Below are positions 40,015 to 50,087 of a DNA stretch of 64,000 nt, piece by piece. The stretch is taken from assembly GCA_965216465.1 (NCBI GenBank), contig CBDCFW010000006.1, positions 544,001-608,000 of the forward strand. The letters run 5' to 3'. The stretch is from Bacteroidia bacterium (GTDB lineage Bacteria; Bacteroidota; Bacteroidia; NS11-12g; UBA9320). The position numbers and the translations under genes are program-made. The stretch's first letter is position 1. Every line of letters begins with the position of its first letter. The notes beneath the pieces were generated by a model that was given only the letters and a program-made list of their open reading frames with translations, searched no databases and was not told where the DNA came from.

Positions 40015-41019
40015 ATGAATAAGGCAATTATCAAAGGCTTAGGATTTTATGTGCCAGATCACGTGGTGACTAACAATGATCTATCTAAAATGATGGATAC
40101 CAATGATGCGTGGATTCAAGAAAGAACAGGCATTAAAGAAAGACGTTGGATCAAAGACAATAGTGATTCAACTACTTCAATGGGGGTTAAAGCTGCAATC
40201 AACGCAATTAACGACGCTCAAATCGATAAGACCGACATCGACTTTATCATTTTTGCCACACTGAGCCCTGATTATTATTTCCCTGGGCCTGGTGTTTCAG
40301 TACAAAAAGAGTTAGGTCTCGACACTGTCGGAGCATTAGATGTCAGAAACCAATGCAGTGGTTTTGTGTACGGCCTTTCAGTTGCTGACCAATACATCAA
40401 GTCTGGAATGTATAAGAACATCTTAGTCATCGGTTCAGAATTTCATAGCGGCGGTTTAGACAAAACAACTCGAGGTAGAGGTGTGACTGTAATTTTTGGT
40501 GATGGAGCTGGTGCTGCAGTAGTGTCAGCCACTTCTGATGAAAATAGAGGCGTACTTTCGACTCATCTACACTCAGACGGACAGCATGCTGAGGAATTAG
40601 CTTTGCTTGGTCCGAGCACGGCCCGCTGGGTTCCCGAAATTATTAAAAAAGCGGATGATGAAGACACCAGTTACTATCCTTATATGAATGGTAATTTTGT
40701 TTTTAAACATGCAGTTACCCGATTCCCTCAGGTAATTAACGAAGCTCTTGAACTTAATGGCTATAAAGCTGAAGATATTGACCTGCTCGTTCCACATCAG
40801 GCCAATTTGCGAATCGCTCAATTTATTCAGCGGTCGATGAAGCTAACCAATGATCAGGTGTATAACAACATTCAACGCTACGGTAATACCACAGCAGCCT
40901 CTATACCTATAGCTTTAGCAGAAGCCAAGCAAGAAGGTAGAATCAAAGAGGGTGATTTGGTGTGTTTAGCTGCCTTTGGAAGCGGTTTTACATGGGCGAG
41001 TGCACTAATTCGTTGGTAA
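40015..41019 (+). CDS. fabH: 3-oxoacyl-ACP synthase III (FabH family)
   Basis: 'WI.ERTGI.ERR', catalytic Cys in 'NQCSGF', 'PHQAN', 'GNT..ASIP', 'FGSGFTW'. Confidence 0.88.
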   Translation: MNKAIIKGLGFYVPDHVVTNNDLSKMMDTNDAWIQERTGIKERRWIKDNSDSTTSMGVKAAINAINDAQIDKTDIDFIIFATLSPDYYFPGPGVSVQKELGLDTVGALDVRNQCSGFVYGLSVADQYIKSGMYKNILVIGSEFHSGGLDKTTRGRGVTVIFGDGAGAAVVSATSDENRGVLSTHLHSDGQHAEELALLGPSTARWVPEIIKKADDEDTSYYPYMNGNFVFKHAVTRFPQVINEALELNGYKAEDIDLLVPHQANLRIAQFIQRSMKLTNDQVYNNIQRYGNTTAASIPIALAEAKQEGRIKEGDLVCLAAFGSGFTWASALIRW

Positions 41020-41474
41020 TGGCAAAAAAGACTCTAGCGAAAAAACAAACAATAGGACTTAGTGACCAGCTAGATATTCCTAGTGCCAAGCTCATTAATG
41101 TTCCATGTAAAATAGATACAGGGGCATACAATTGTTCCATCGATTGTTCTAAATTTAGATTGGTTAAGATTCACGGGGTACCTACCCTTTTCTTTACACT
41201 TCTCGGAAAAGAATACAAGCAATTTTCAGGAGTCGAACTACAAACCACCCAGTTTGTCCAAAAAAAGGTAAAAAGCTCATCAGGACATAGCCAGTACCGT
41301 TATCAAATCATGTTAGAAATTGAGTTATTTGGAGAAATACACGAAGCTGCCTTTAATTTAAGTCGAAGACACAATATGAAATACCCGATTCTGCTGGGTC
41401 GAAAATTTCTGTCTAAAAGATTTGTCGTAGATGTTTCAAAGAAAAACCTAAGTCTAAAACTCAAATCGAAGTAG
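41019..41474 (+). CDS. RimK-associated retropepsin-like putative protease ('ATP-dependent zinc protease' family)
   Basis: 'KIDTGA..CSI', 'VKSSSG...R', 'R..MKYP.LLGR.FL'; ATG overlaps the fabH stop (TAATG). Confidence 0.8.
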   Translation: MAKKTLAKKQTIGLSDQLDIPSAKLINVPCKIDTGAYNCSIDCSKFRLVKIHGVPTLFFTLLGKEYKQFSGVELQTTQFVQKKVKSSSGHSQYRYQIMLEIELFGEIHEAAFNLSRRHNMKYPILLGRKFLSKRFVVDVSKKNLSLKLKSK

Positions 41475-42320
41475 AGCTTCTATCATTAATTCAGGTTTTG
41501 AAAATGGAATAAAGTGGTCTTCTTCTGGATACCTGAATACTTCTACACTCTTTGCATTTACTAGCATTTTTTCAGCATAATCTTCGTTTCCAGCCGGAAC
41601 CAAATTGTCTTTCATTCCTTGAATGATTTTAACATCTTGAGTTATTCCTGACCAAAGAGGAGTCATCTTGTCAAGCTCTTCTTTAGCCGGCATAATCTCC
41701 TGATTACTAACAACAAAGCTTCTTGGCATGAGCCATCTTATCGGTCTGCGATTCAAGAACTTTCTCCATTTTTCTTGCGGCTCCAACTCAGGAGAAACAG
41801 AGCCCGCGACAATAAGTAGCGATTGAGCAATCGTAGAATCATTCATTACCATTCTACAGATTAACGGACCACCTAATGAATGTCCAACCAATACTATTTG
41901 CTTAAAGTTGAATTGACGCACAACTGCATTCATGAGATCGGCCTGTTTTTCCATACTGGGTTCAGAATTTCCAAAATCTGAGTAGCCGAACCCTGGACGA
42001 TCAATTAACAAAACATTGTAACGCGAAAGAAGCAACGAGTCCTTTGCAAACTGTAAAAAGTTACTTGAAGAGCCTGGAGATCCATGAATAAACACTGCAA
42101 GTGGCTTAGTTGTATCGTGACCCACCAAGGTATAATGAAGTTGTCGTTCGCCACCATTCTTAAGACCCAATTCAACCGGATATTGTAAGCTAATTTCTTT
42201 GAGTTCTTCGAGTTGCTTTTTGTCAGATTGCCTAAATTGGAAGCAACTTCCTACCAACATCCATAATCCAATAATTATAAAGGAGAATTTAAATCTTTTC
42301 CGTTTCCACCAGTTTTTCAT
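41454..42320 (-). CDS. Alpha/beta hydrolase
   Basis: 'FIHGSPGS', 'DRPGFGYS', nucleophile 'GHSLGG', 'G..D.LVP', 'HFIP'. Confidence 0.88.
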   Translation of the reverse strand: MKNWWKRKRFKFSFIIIGLWMLVGSCFQFRQSDKKQLEELKEISLQYPVELGLKNGGERQLHYTLVGHDTTKPLAVFIHGSPGSSSNFLQFAKDSLLLSRYNVLLIDRPGFGYSDFGNSEPSMEKQADLMNAVVRQFNFKQIVLVGHSLGGPLICRMVMNDSTIAQSLLIVAGSVSPELEPQEKWRKFLNRRPIRWLMPRSFVVSNQEIMPAKEELDKMTPLWSGITQDVKIIQGMKDNLVPAGNEDYAEKMLVNAKSVEVFRYPEEDHFIPFSKPELMIEALLRFEF

Positions 42321-44037
42321 TTGCTAATGCATATACTTTATTGCACATCTTGAGCTCGTCATTTTTATGGGTAATAAAAACTGCAGTTTTACCTGCTTCT
42401 TTTAGCTTATTGATGGCTTCCAGTGTTTGTTGAACTGATTTAGTGTCCAAATTGTTTGTTGCCTCATCGAAAATAAACAGCTCTGCATCTTTATACAATG
42501 CCCGAGCTAAGGCAATTCGCTGACGTTGTCCGCCCGATATTTGGTTGCCCAATTCACCAACCGAAGTATCCAATCCTGATTCTAAGCCATCAACCCAATC
42601 CCAAAGATTTACTTGTTTCAAACACTCTTTAATTTTTTCGTGATCGATTTTATTTGGGTCTTGTAAAAAGGCAACATTTTCTAATATTGACCGATTAAGC
42701 ATAAAAACATCTTGCTTAACATACGAAAACAAATATCTATAGCCCTCAATATTCTCGTCAATAAGCTGACCGTCAATCTTAATCTCTCCTTTGTCTGGTT
42801 TAATCAGCGAAGCAATAACATTGACTAAGGTTGACTTTCCAGAACCACTCGGGCCAACAATACCGATAAAATCTCCTTTATTAATATCTACGCTGACCTC
42901 GTTCAGAATGGGTTCTTCTTCATGGTACGAAAAGCTCACATTTCTTAAGCTTATTTTCTCCTTAAATGGAATGTTGGTTATTGACTCACTGCTCGAATCA
43001 TAAGAGCTATTGTCGCTTGGTGTAAAGTAATCGAGAGCATAAGAGTTGGTTGCTAAGTTGTTTGATGACCCTAAAATTCGATTTACACTTGGAAGAAGTC
43101 GAAATGCCACACCAGCATATATTGAAATATACGTGATTAGGTTGTCGTTTCCTTTATTATAAATCAATGCAAAAAGCACTACGCATAAAATACCAGAAAT
43201 CGCCACCACCTCATAGATTCTCATCGGTATAAACTGCGAGCTAACATAAATAGACTGCTTCAAGTTAAATGACTCTTTCTTATTCTTATCGTACTCGTTA
43301 ATGAAATATTGAGTGCCATTCCATAGCTTGATATTAGCTATTCCATTGGTAAGTTGACTGATGTTTTCATAAATAACCGGATTGATTAAGTGCACCTTTT
43401 TGCCCTTCTTACCTAATCTACTTTTATTAAAATAAATCAATATCCCCGCTGTTGGTAAAATAGTAATGAAGGTAAAGAGAAATAAGAACGGTTTGTAAAT
43501 CAAAATTGCCCCTAGCATAAGCACTACGATTGCCAGTTCTGAAAGCAAAAGAATGCTCGGGATGATAACCATCTCCGGTAAAAATAGTGCAGCTCCAAAC
43601 AGCTCATTTATGATCTCCGAAGACTTTCTCTTTTTAAAATACAACAAGTCATTATGAGCAATCTCATGGTATCGTTTCGCCGAAATTTTATCGGTGGTTT
43701 CATAAGCAAACTTTACTTGAGCCTTATTAATTTGAACGATGATTATGTTCTTGAATACATATACTAAAAAGAGTAAACCTGTTATAATAGCCACAAATTG
43801 AATCTGGCTTTCTACTCCAAAAAGATTGGAAAGGTAGGCTGTAAATATGTTGTGTTGAATGAAGTTTGGTCGCAGAATAGAAAGTACCGTATGAAGTAAA
43901 ACTGAAATTCCGACAATCTCAAACAGGGCATTAAATACTCCCCAAAGCACCATAGTATAATAGCGGCGGCGTTGTTTAGGAGTGAATATGGCTAATAGAT
44001 TAACCCATATTTCGTTGATGCCTTTAAATCTGCTCAT
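42289..44037 (-). CDS. ABC transporter, fused permease/ATPase (MsbA/PglK-like exporter)
   Basis: N-terminal TM domain with 'AFRLLPS.NRI'; Walker A GPSGSGKST, ISGGQ, FDEAT, H-loop. Confidence 0.85.
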   Translation of the reverse strand: MSRFKGINEIWVNLLAIFTPKQRRRYYTMVLWGVFNALFEIVGISVLLHTVLSILRPNFIQHNIFTAYLSNLFGVESQIQFVAIITGLLFLVYVFKNIIIVQINKAQVKFAYETTDKISAKRYHEIAHNDLLYFKKRKSSEIINELFGAALFLPEMVIIPSILLLSELAIVVLMLGAILIYKPFLFLFTFITILPTAGILIYFNKSRLGKKGKKVHLINPVIYENISQLTNGIANIKLWNGTQYFINEYDKNKKESFNLKQSIYVSSQFIPMRIYEVVAISGILCVVLFALIYNKGNDNLITYISIYAGVAFRLLPSVNRILGSSNNLATNSYALDYFTPSDNSSYDSSSESITNIPFKEKISLRNVSFSYHEEEPILNEVSVDINKGDFIGIVGPSGSGKSTLVNVIASLIKPDKGEIKIDGQLIDENIEGYRYLFSYVKQDVFMLNRSILENVAFLQDPNKIDHEKIKECLKQVNLWDWVDGLESGLDTSVGELGNQISGGQRQRIALARALYKDAELFIFDEATNNLDTKSVQQTLEAINKLKEAGKTAVFITHKNDELKMCNKVYALANEKLVETEKI

Positions 44038-44846
44038 TCAATAATTTTTAGCATTTTTAGTTCGACAAGAATAGGTGTATATCCAGCAACTTTACTATTG
44101 CCTTCAGGACCAAAGGCTTGGCTTGAAGGTACAACGGCTCTTATGCTCTCCCCTTCAGTTAACTGACTGACTAAAAATCGAATACCCGGTAGAATTGATT
44201 GGTCATCAACATCAAATATTAAGGGGTCCCCCTCTTTGCTAAACGCTATTAAATCTCTATTGATAGAAGTAATAGAGTATTCTATTTCAGCTTTCTGATA
44301 ATCTGTTTCTGTATCCTTAAAATCGTTTAGATACTCATAATAGATTCCAGTTGTAGAGTCTAAGCTACCATTCCATCTGTTTTGCTCAATAAACCTTTTA
44401 ATAGCTCCATCTTCATACGCTCGCTTATGTGCTAAATATTCGAAGGGATTCAATACATCTCTAACCCAAATTTTGACGGTTATTAATTCTTCTTTTTCCA
44501 ATGTCAATGGCACCACTCCTCCTAATGAGGTATAAAATTCATTCGCTGAAAGTTTAAGTTCAACAAAATCTTCGATACACGTTTGGCTAATAAGTTTAAA
44601 AACATTGGATGCAGTATCTATTAAGCTTTTACTTAATTCTACCTTACGATTTAAGTCGTTGGTGTTGAGATAAACAGAGTCATTGGCATCTGTTGAGGTA
44701 ATATCAATCAACCAATATTTCTTGTTCACATAATTGCAGGTATCGCCGCCTCGGTTGTATGATATTTCTCCTAGCTTCTGATCACCTTGCTCTTTACACG
44801 AAGCAATGGTCAATGCACAACAAAGTATAAACAGTAGTTTTTTCAT
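44034..44846 (-). CDS. FKBP-type peptidyl-prolyl isomerase lipoprotein
   Basis: Lipobox IASC; C-terminal FKBP-like 'ILPG......L.EGE.....VPS..AFG..G....GYTP'. Confidence 0.7.
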   Translation of the reverse strand: MKKLLFILCCALTIASCKEQGDQKLGEISYNRGGDTCNYVNKKYWLIDITSTDANDSVYLNTNDLNRKVELSKSLIDTASNVFKLISQTCIEDFVELKLSANEFYTSLGGVVPLTLEKEELITVKIWVRDVLNPFEYLAHKRAYEDGAIKRFIEQNRWNGSLDSTTGIYYEYLNDFKDTETDYQKAEIEYSITSINRDLIAFSKEGDPLIFDVDDQSILPGIRFLVSQLTEGESIRAVVPSSQAFGPEGNSKVAGYTPILVELKMLKIIE

Positions 44847-45853
44847 TTTAAATATCTATCGTAGGATTTGATTGCATTTCTAAATTTATCAAGAGTCTTA
44901 TCAAGACTTTCAGTGCTAGCTCCTCCAGCTGCATTCTTGTGCCCTCCACCATTAAAATATTCAGCAGAAAACTCATTGCATGGAAACACGTCTCTACTTC
45001 TAAAACTCATTTTCACCAGTGGTCCTCTATCAATTATCAAAGCACTCATTTGTACTCCTTTTATACCAAGGCCGTAATTAACGAATCCTTCTGTGTCACC
45101 AGTTTTTACATGAAACCTTTCCAATTCTTCTAAAGTCATGTGTGCAAGTGCCACTTTACCATCTTCAATAACTTCAATTTTATTACCCAAGAAATATCCA
45201 AGCAATTGCAATCTTTCTAATCGATTTTGATCAAACAAGCTTTCATAGATGTGCGATGGTTGAACTCCCAAATCCATCAGATCTGCAGCAGTTCTTATGG
45301 TTTCACTGGTGGTGCTCCCATAACGAAATGAACCGGTATCGGTAATCAAACCTGTATAAATGCATTCACCAGCTTCCTTGGTTAGCAATTCTTTGTTTAA
45401 ATGAGTAGTTATGTATCGATAAATTAGCTCACAAGTTGAACTCGCACCAATGTCTACCATTCGTTCGTTATCAAAATCTTGAGGATCTCGATGGTGATCA
45501 ATTAATACAACATTTGCTTGGCACTCTGCAATTTTCTCACCCATCTCATTAATTCGGCTGAGCGCATTAAAGTCGAGGCAATAAACAACCCCCGCCTCAG
45601 CAATTAATTGATTTGCTTCATCTTCGTTTCCATGGTAGATGAGCACCTCGTTGTTGCCTGGTAGCCACCACAAAAAATCTGCATAATCTGTAGGAGTTAT
45701 TACCTTCGATTCGATGCCTGCAGCTCGCAAATAGTTCATCAAGCCTAAACTCGAACCCATGGCATCACCATCGGGTTTATGATGAGTAGTTATAACTATG
45801 TTGCCTGAATGTTTTCTTAAGTCTTCTAAGTTATGGTTTATCGTATTTTGCAC
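44843..45853 (-). CDS. nrnA: DHH family phosphoesterase / nanoRNase NrnA
   Basis: 'H.KPDGDA.GS', 'IDHH', 'TDTGSF', 'GGGH.NAAG'. Confidence 0.88.
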   Translation of the reverse strand: MQNTINHNLEDLRKHSGNIVITTHHKPDGDAMGSSLGLMNYLRAAGIESKVITPTDYADFLWWLPGNNEVLIYHGNEDEANQLIAEAGVVYCLDFNALSRINEMGEKIAECQANVVLIDHHRDPQDFDNERMVDIGASSTCELIYRYITTHLNKELLTKEAGECIYTGLITDTGSFRYGSTTSETIRTAADLMDLGVQPSHIYESLFDQNRLERLQLLGYFLGNKIEVIEDGKVALAHMTLEELERFHVKTGDTEGFVNYGLGIKGVQMSALIIDRGPLVKMSFRSRDVFPCNEFSAEYFNGGGHKNAAGGASTESLDKTLDKFRNAIKSYDRYLK

Positions 45854-45897
45854 CTATAAAATTTGAAGCAAAACTCGTAAAAAGAAAGAGATAATTC

Positions 45898-45905
45898 TAT
45901 TTTTG
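45898..45905 (+). promoter_or_regulatory. -7 promoter box for ndk
   Basis: TATTTTTG, 21 nt upstream of the ATG. Confidence 0.55.
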
Positions 45906-45926
45906 CCGCCTTAATTCGAAAAAACA

Positions 45927-46343
45927 ATGTCAAACATCACATTTACAATGATTAAGCCGGATGCAGTGTCAAAAGGCTACACAGGAAAAATCATCAACGA
46001 TATTATTGAAGGAGGTTTTTCTATCAAAGCGATGAAGTATCTTCACCTTTCAAAAGATAAGGCTGAAGCGTTTTATGGTATCCACAGAGAAAGACCATTT
46101 TTCAATGACCTTGTTGAATACATGACATCTGGACCAATCGTTGCAGCTGTTCTTGGAAAAGATAATGCAGTTGCTGATTACAGAACTTTAATTGGAGCTA
46201 CAAACCCAGCTGAAGCAGCTGAAGGAACAATCAGAAACAAGTACGCTGAGTCAATTGAAGCAAATGCGGTTCACGGTTCTGACAGCGATGAGAACGCTAA
46301 AGGAGAAGCATCTTTCTTCTTCTCGGAATTTGAAATGTACTAA
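45927..46343 (+). CDS. ndk: Nucleoside-diphosphate kinase
   Basis: 'IKPDA', 'GATNP..A..GTIR', 'NAVHGSDS'. Confidence 0.97.
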   Translation: MSNITFTMIKPDAVSKGYTGKIINDIIEGGFSIKAMKYLHLSKDKAEAFYGIHRERPFFNDLVEYMTSGPIVAAVLGKDNAVADYRTLIGATNPAEAAEGTIRNKYAESIEANAVHGSDSDENAKGEASFFFSEFEMY

Positions 46344-46364
46344 GAGATTTTTTAACTAAATATG

Positions 46365-46403
46365 AATGGGCTATTGACGTTTGTCGTTTTTAGCCCATTT
46401 TTT
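46365..46403 (+). terminator. Intrinsic terminator after ndk
   Basis: AATGGGCTA...TAGCCCATT stem followed by a T-run. Confidence 0.65.
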
Positions 46404-46457
46404 ATGGTTATTTATGTAGGCTCAACACAATTTTTCGTAATTTGAACCTTTATATAT

Positions 46458-48542
46458 ATGATGATGTTCAGAAACAAACTATTTATACTATTACCTTTCG
46501 TTTTTATTGCTTTTGGATTTTACCTCAAGGCTCAAGACGAAGGCGAAGATATTTTACTCCGGGCGGTTAATGTTAGCCTTCAAAATGCACACTACGATCC
46601 CGTAAAAATAGATGACAATTTCTCTGAAAAAGGTTTCGACTTATATCTCGATAACGTTGACCCTAATAAACGATTGTTTTTGAAATCAGATATTGAGGAG
46701 ATGACCAAACACAAGTACCTTCTCGATGAACAAACGCGAAATGGCACCTATGAGTTTTTTGATCTTTCGTTAAACATCATCAATCAAAGAACTGCACAAA
46801 CTGAAAAATTCTTCAATGAAATTTTAGCTCAGCCATTTGATTTTACACAAAATGAATCGGTTGATTTCAACGATAGTATGCCCTACGCTGCTTCAGAAGA
46901 CGAATTGTTCAATAGATGGCACAAATATTTGAAATACAATGTGCTAACTCGTTTGCATTCTGACATCCTCGCACAAGAAAAAGCAGTTGAAAATAACGAC
47001 TCTGGTTTTGTAGCTCAATCATTCGATTCACTTGAACGCAAGGCACGTAAAGGAGTGCTTAAAACTCATGTAGATTGGTACAAGCGTCTAAATCGTTTGG
47101 AGCGTAAAGATAGACTTGCCGTGTACATCAACAGTTTAACCACTGTTTACGATCCACATACGAACTACTTCCCTCCTGCAGATAAAGATAATTTCGATAT
47201 TCAAATGTCAGGAAGGCTGGAAGGAATTGGAGCTCAACTTCAAGATAAAGATGGCTATATTAGAATTACACGAATTATTCCTGGTGGACCTTCATCATTG
47301 CAAGGAGATCTTAAAGCCAATGATTTAATATTGGCTGTTGCACAAGAAGACGAAGATCCTGTTGATATAGTAGATTGGCGAATTGATGATGCCGTTAAAT
47401 TGATTCGAGGGAAAAAAGGAACTAAGGTTACACTAACCGTACGTAAGCCTGACGGGGCAGAACAAGATGTCACTATTACCAGAGACATTGTTGTACTTGA
47501 AGAAACCTACGCAAAATCGTTGATTATCAACGATGTAGATAATTTAAAGTCTGGATATATCTTCCTTCCTAGCTTCTATGCAGACTTTAGAAATCCTGCA
47601 GGAAGATTTAGTTGGAAAGATGTTAAAGCAGAGGTTGAAAAACTAAAAGCTGCTGGAGTACAAGGCATTATTCTAGACTTAAGAAACAATGGGGGCGGTT
47701 CACTCGATGATGTAGTGAAAATGGCCGGATTGTTTATCGACGAAGGACCAATTGTACAAGTAAAAGAAAAAGGTAGAAAAGCTCATGTGCTCGAAGATCG
47801 TAGATCTGGAGCTGAATGGGAAGGAGCACTGGTAATCATGGTTAATGAATTTAGTGCTTCTGCTTCTGAGATTATGGCTGCTGCAATGCAAGACTATAAT
47901 CGAGCAGTAATCATTGGATCGTCTTCTACACATGGTAAAGGCACCGTTCAACGCTTTTTACCTCTTAATCAGACGCTGAGAAGTAAAAACATCCCAGATT
48001 TAGGAAGTGTAAAATTAACTATCCAAAAGTTCTATAGAATTAATGGCGATGCCACCCAACTTAAAGGTGTAAGCTCAGATGTTCTGTTGCCTGACAACTA
48101 CATGTACTTGGAAACAGGTGAAAAAGAGCACGATTACCCCATGGAGTGGGATCAAATCTCAAGCTCAAGCTACGATAGTAGAGGCTATAGCGTACCAAAC
48201 AGAGTAATTAAAAAGAGTAAGGCAAGAGTTTCTGCAAATGAAACATTCAAGCTCATAGAAGAAAATGCTCAACGTTGGGAAGCTCAAAGAGAATCAACTT
48301 CTTACTCACTTAACTTCGAAGAGTATAAGTCTAATGAAGCAAAAGAAAAGGAAGAAGGAGAAAAATATAAGGCCATAGGAAAAGAACCTATTCCTGATTT
48401 CACTGTGGTTAATGTTCCTAGTGATGAAGAAGAGATCAACAAAGAAGAATCTCGTAAAAAAAGAAATGAAGAATGGATTAAAGGAGTACAAAAAGATCCT
48501 TACATCTATGAGGCTCTTCAAATCATTGAAGACTGGAATTAA
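46458..48542 (+). CDS. prc: Carboxy-terminal processing protease (S41, Prc/Tsp)
   Basis: 'DPHTNY', PDZ 'GIGA.L', 'DLRNNGGG', 'SASASEI', 'GKGTVQ', 'KFYRING'. Confidence 0.92.
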   Translation: MMMFRNKLFILLPFVFIAFGFYLKAQDEGEDILLRAVNVSLQNAHYDPVKIDDNFSEKGFDLYLDNVDPNKRLFLKSDIEEMTKHKYLLDEQTRNGTYEFFDLSLNIINQRTAQTEKFFNEILAQPFDFTQNESVDFNDSMPYAASEDELFNRWHKYLKYNVLTRLHSDILAQEKAVENNDSGFVAQSFDSLERKARKGVLKTHVDWYKRLNRLERKDRLAVYINSLTTVYDPHTNYFPPADKDNFDIQMSGRLEGIGAQLQDKDGYIRITRIIPGGPSSLQGDLKANDLILAVAQEDEDPVDIVDWRIDDAVKLIRGKKGTKVTLTVRKPDGAEQDVTITRDIVVLEETYAKSLIINDVDNLKSGYIFLPSFYADFRNPAGRFSWKDVKAEVEKLKAAGVQGIILDLRNNGGGSLDDVVKMAGLFIDEGPIVQVKEKGRKAHVLEDRRSGAEWEGALVIMVNEFSASASEIMAAAMQDYNRAVIIGSSSTHGKGTVQRFLPLNQTLRSKNIPDLGSVKLTIQKFYRINGDATQLKGVSSDVLLPDNYMYLETGEKEHDYPMEWDQISSSSYDSRGYSVPNRVIKKSKARVSANETFKLIEENAQRWEAQRESTSYSLNFEEYKSNEAKEKEEGEKYKAIGKEPIPDFTVVNVPSDEEEINKEESRKKRNEEWIKGVQKDPYIYEALQIIEDWN

Positions 48543-48675
48543 TTCTCAACTAAAATATTGAAGCCCCCCCAAAGCTTTGGGGATGGGAGGACCTTTTTGT
48601 ATCTGGTCATTTCAGTTATAACGATTATAAATTCACTTTTCTCGTTTGCATCACGTGAATTTTCAAGGGTTTGAT

Positions 48676-48683
48676 TAAATTTG
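48676..48683 (+). promoter_or_regulatory. -7 promoter box for the six-gene AAA operon
   Basis: TAAATTTG, 25 nt upstream of ATG 48709. Confidence 0.55.
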
Positions 48684-48708
48684 GGCAACTAATATTTTAA
48701 AACAAACT

Positions 48709-50073
48709 ATGTCAGATTCCTTTGATTTACTTGACCAACTAGGGGACCAAGAAAAAGTAGAAGCTCTAAAAGCAAAAATTGAAAAAAAGACCAGCACAGA
48801 TATCTCGTCTAAGCTGGACAAAATTGAACAAGAAATAGAAAAAGCAGTTGAAGAAAATCGCTCAACTGAAGATATCGTTTCGGGCATTATCAATGCCAAT
48901 TTTGAAACATTAAATGGAGATGTAAATGCTACTGAAGCTGATCTTCAAGAATTGATGCTCCACCTGAGATCGATGCTCGATAGTTGTGGGGGTGAATTTG
49001 CCAACTTACAAGAGTTGAATGATTCAGAATTAAAACTTATTGATAAGGCGACTAAAGCTCGTGAAGTTGCTGAAAAAGAAGCTAGCGATGCAGAGTCGAT
49101 GTCAAATGCATGGAATATCCTGTTTGGGTACAAGAACCGCAAGGTAAAAGCCACAAAAACCGATCTTACTAAAAAAATTGAGTTGTTAAAAGCTGCTGAA
49201 GCAGAGGCCCAAAGAAGATATCGTGAGCGTTTAAAAAATGCGGATATTGGTGAAAGTTTAAATCGAATCATTAGCCAAGTTCAAGGCATGGTTGGCATCG
49301 TAGAAAACATGATTGTTGATGTTGATGGCCAAATCGGTGCGTTGAAAAATCGTAAAGAGCTTGCATTCGATACCAAAGAGAAAGCAGCTCGAATAATGGA
49401 AGAGCGTAAAACAGACCTGGATGATGTTGAAGTTAAACTCAAAAGTGCTGAAGCCGAGTTAACAGAGTTAGCCAATAACAGCCCTGAGTACACCGAGCAA
49501 GAAAAGAAGATTGCAGATCTTAAAGAGATGCGTGCGAACCTTAAAGGTAAATTCAATATTGCTTTGGGTATTTTCCAGTCTAAAGAAAGATTCGTTGATC
49601 AAATTGTGGTTCACTTAGAAGCACAAACTACAACTAAGAATAACCTGAAACAATTAATTGGACAACTGAAGAGTGACACCGAAGAAAGGGTTACAACTTA
49701 CGAATCAGGCTTACAGCTTATCCAATCAGCAACTGCACAAGAAGCCGCTTCAATGTATGAAGAAGCAGGGGTTAAAACCGATCAGAAGATTACTGAAATT
49801 GCGGCTAAAGTTCTTGTTGGTTCTGAAAAAGATAGAATTGAGCGTGTGAAGAAACATCCTCAAAGAATGACTGAATTGCATAAGGTTCTTGTTGCCATGG
49901 CTGAAGCTACCGCAAAATATAAGGAAGAGGATGCAAAGCTAATGGAGGAACACAGCAAAAAATTTGGAATTAATGTAACTGAAACATTCTCTTCAAGCTA
50001 CGAAGGCAAGGCAGATACGCCAACTGAAGAGTCAAAAGGAAATGACAACTCTGTAGATAATTTAATGGATTAA
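48709..50073 (+). CDS. Hypothetical long coiled-coil protein (AAA operon gene 1)
   Basis: 454 aa, E/K/A/L-rich with heptad periodicity; no signal peptide or TM helix. Confidence 0.8.
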   Translation: MSDSFDLLDQLGDQEKVEALKAKIEKKTSTDISSKLDKIEQEIEKAVEENRSTEDIVSGIINANFETLNGDVNATEADLQELMLHLRSMLDSCGGEFANLQELNDSELKLIDKATKAREVAEKEASDAESMSNAWNILFGYKNRKVKATKTDLTKKIELLKAAEAEAQRRYRERLKNADIGESLNRIISQVQGMVGIVENMIVDVDGQIGALKNRKELAFDTKEKAARIMEERKTDLDDVEVKLKSAEAELTELANNSPEYTEQEKKIADLKEMRANLKGKFNIALGIFQSKERFVDQIVVHLEAQTTTKNNLKQLIGQLKSDTEERVTTYESGLQLIQSATAQEAASMYEEAGVKTDQKITEIAAKVLVGSEKDRIERVKKHPQRMTELHKVLVAMAEATAKYKEEDAKLMEEHSKKFGINVTETFSSSYEGKADTPTEESKGNDNSVDNLMD

Positions 50074-50087
50074 CGCAGAGCATATAG

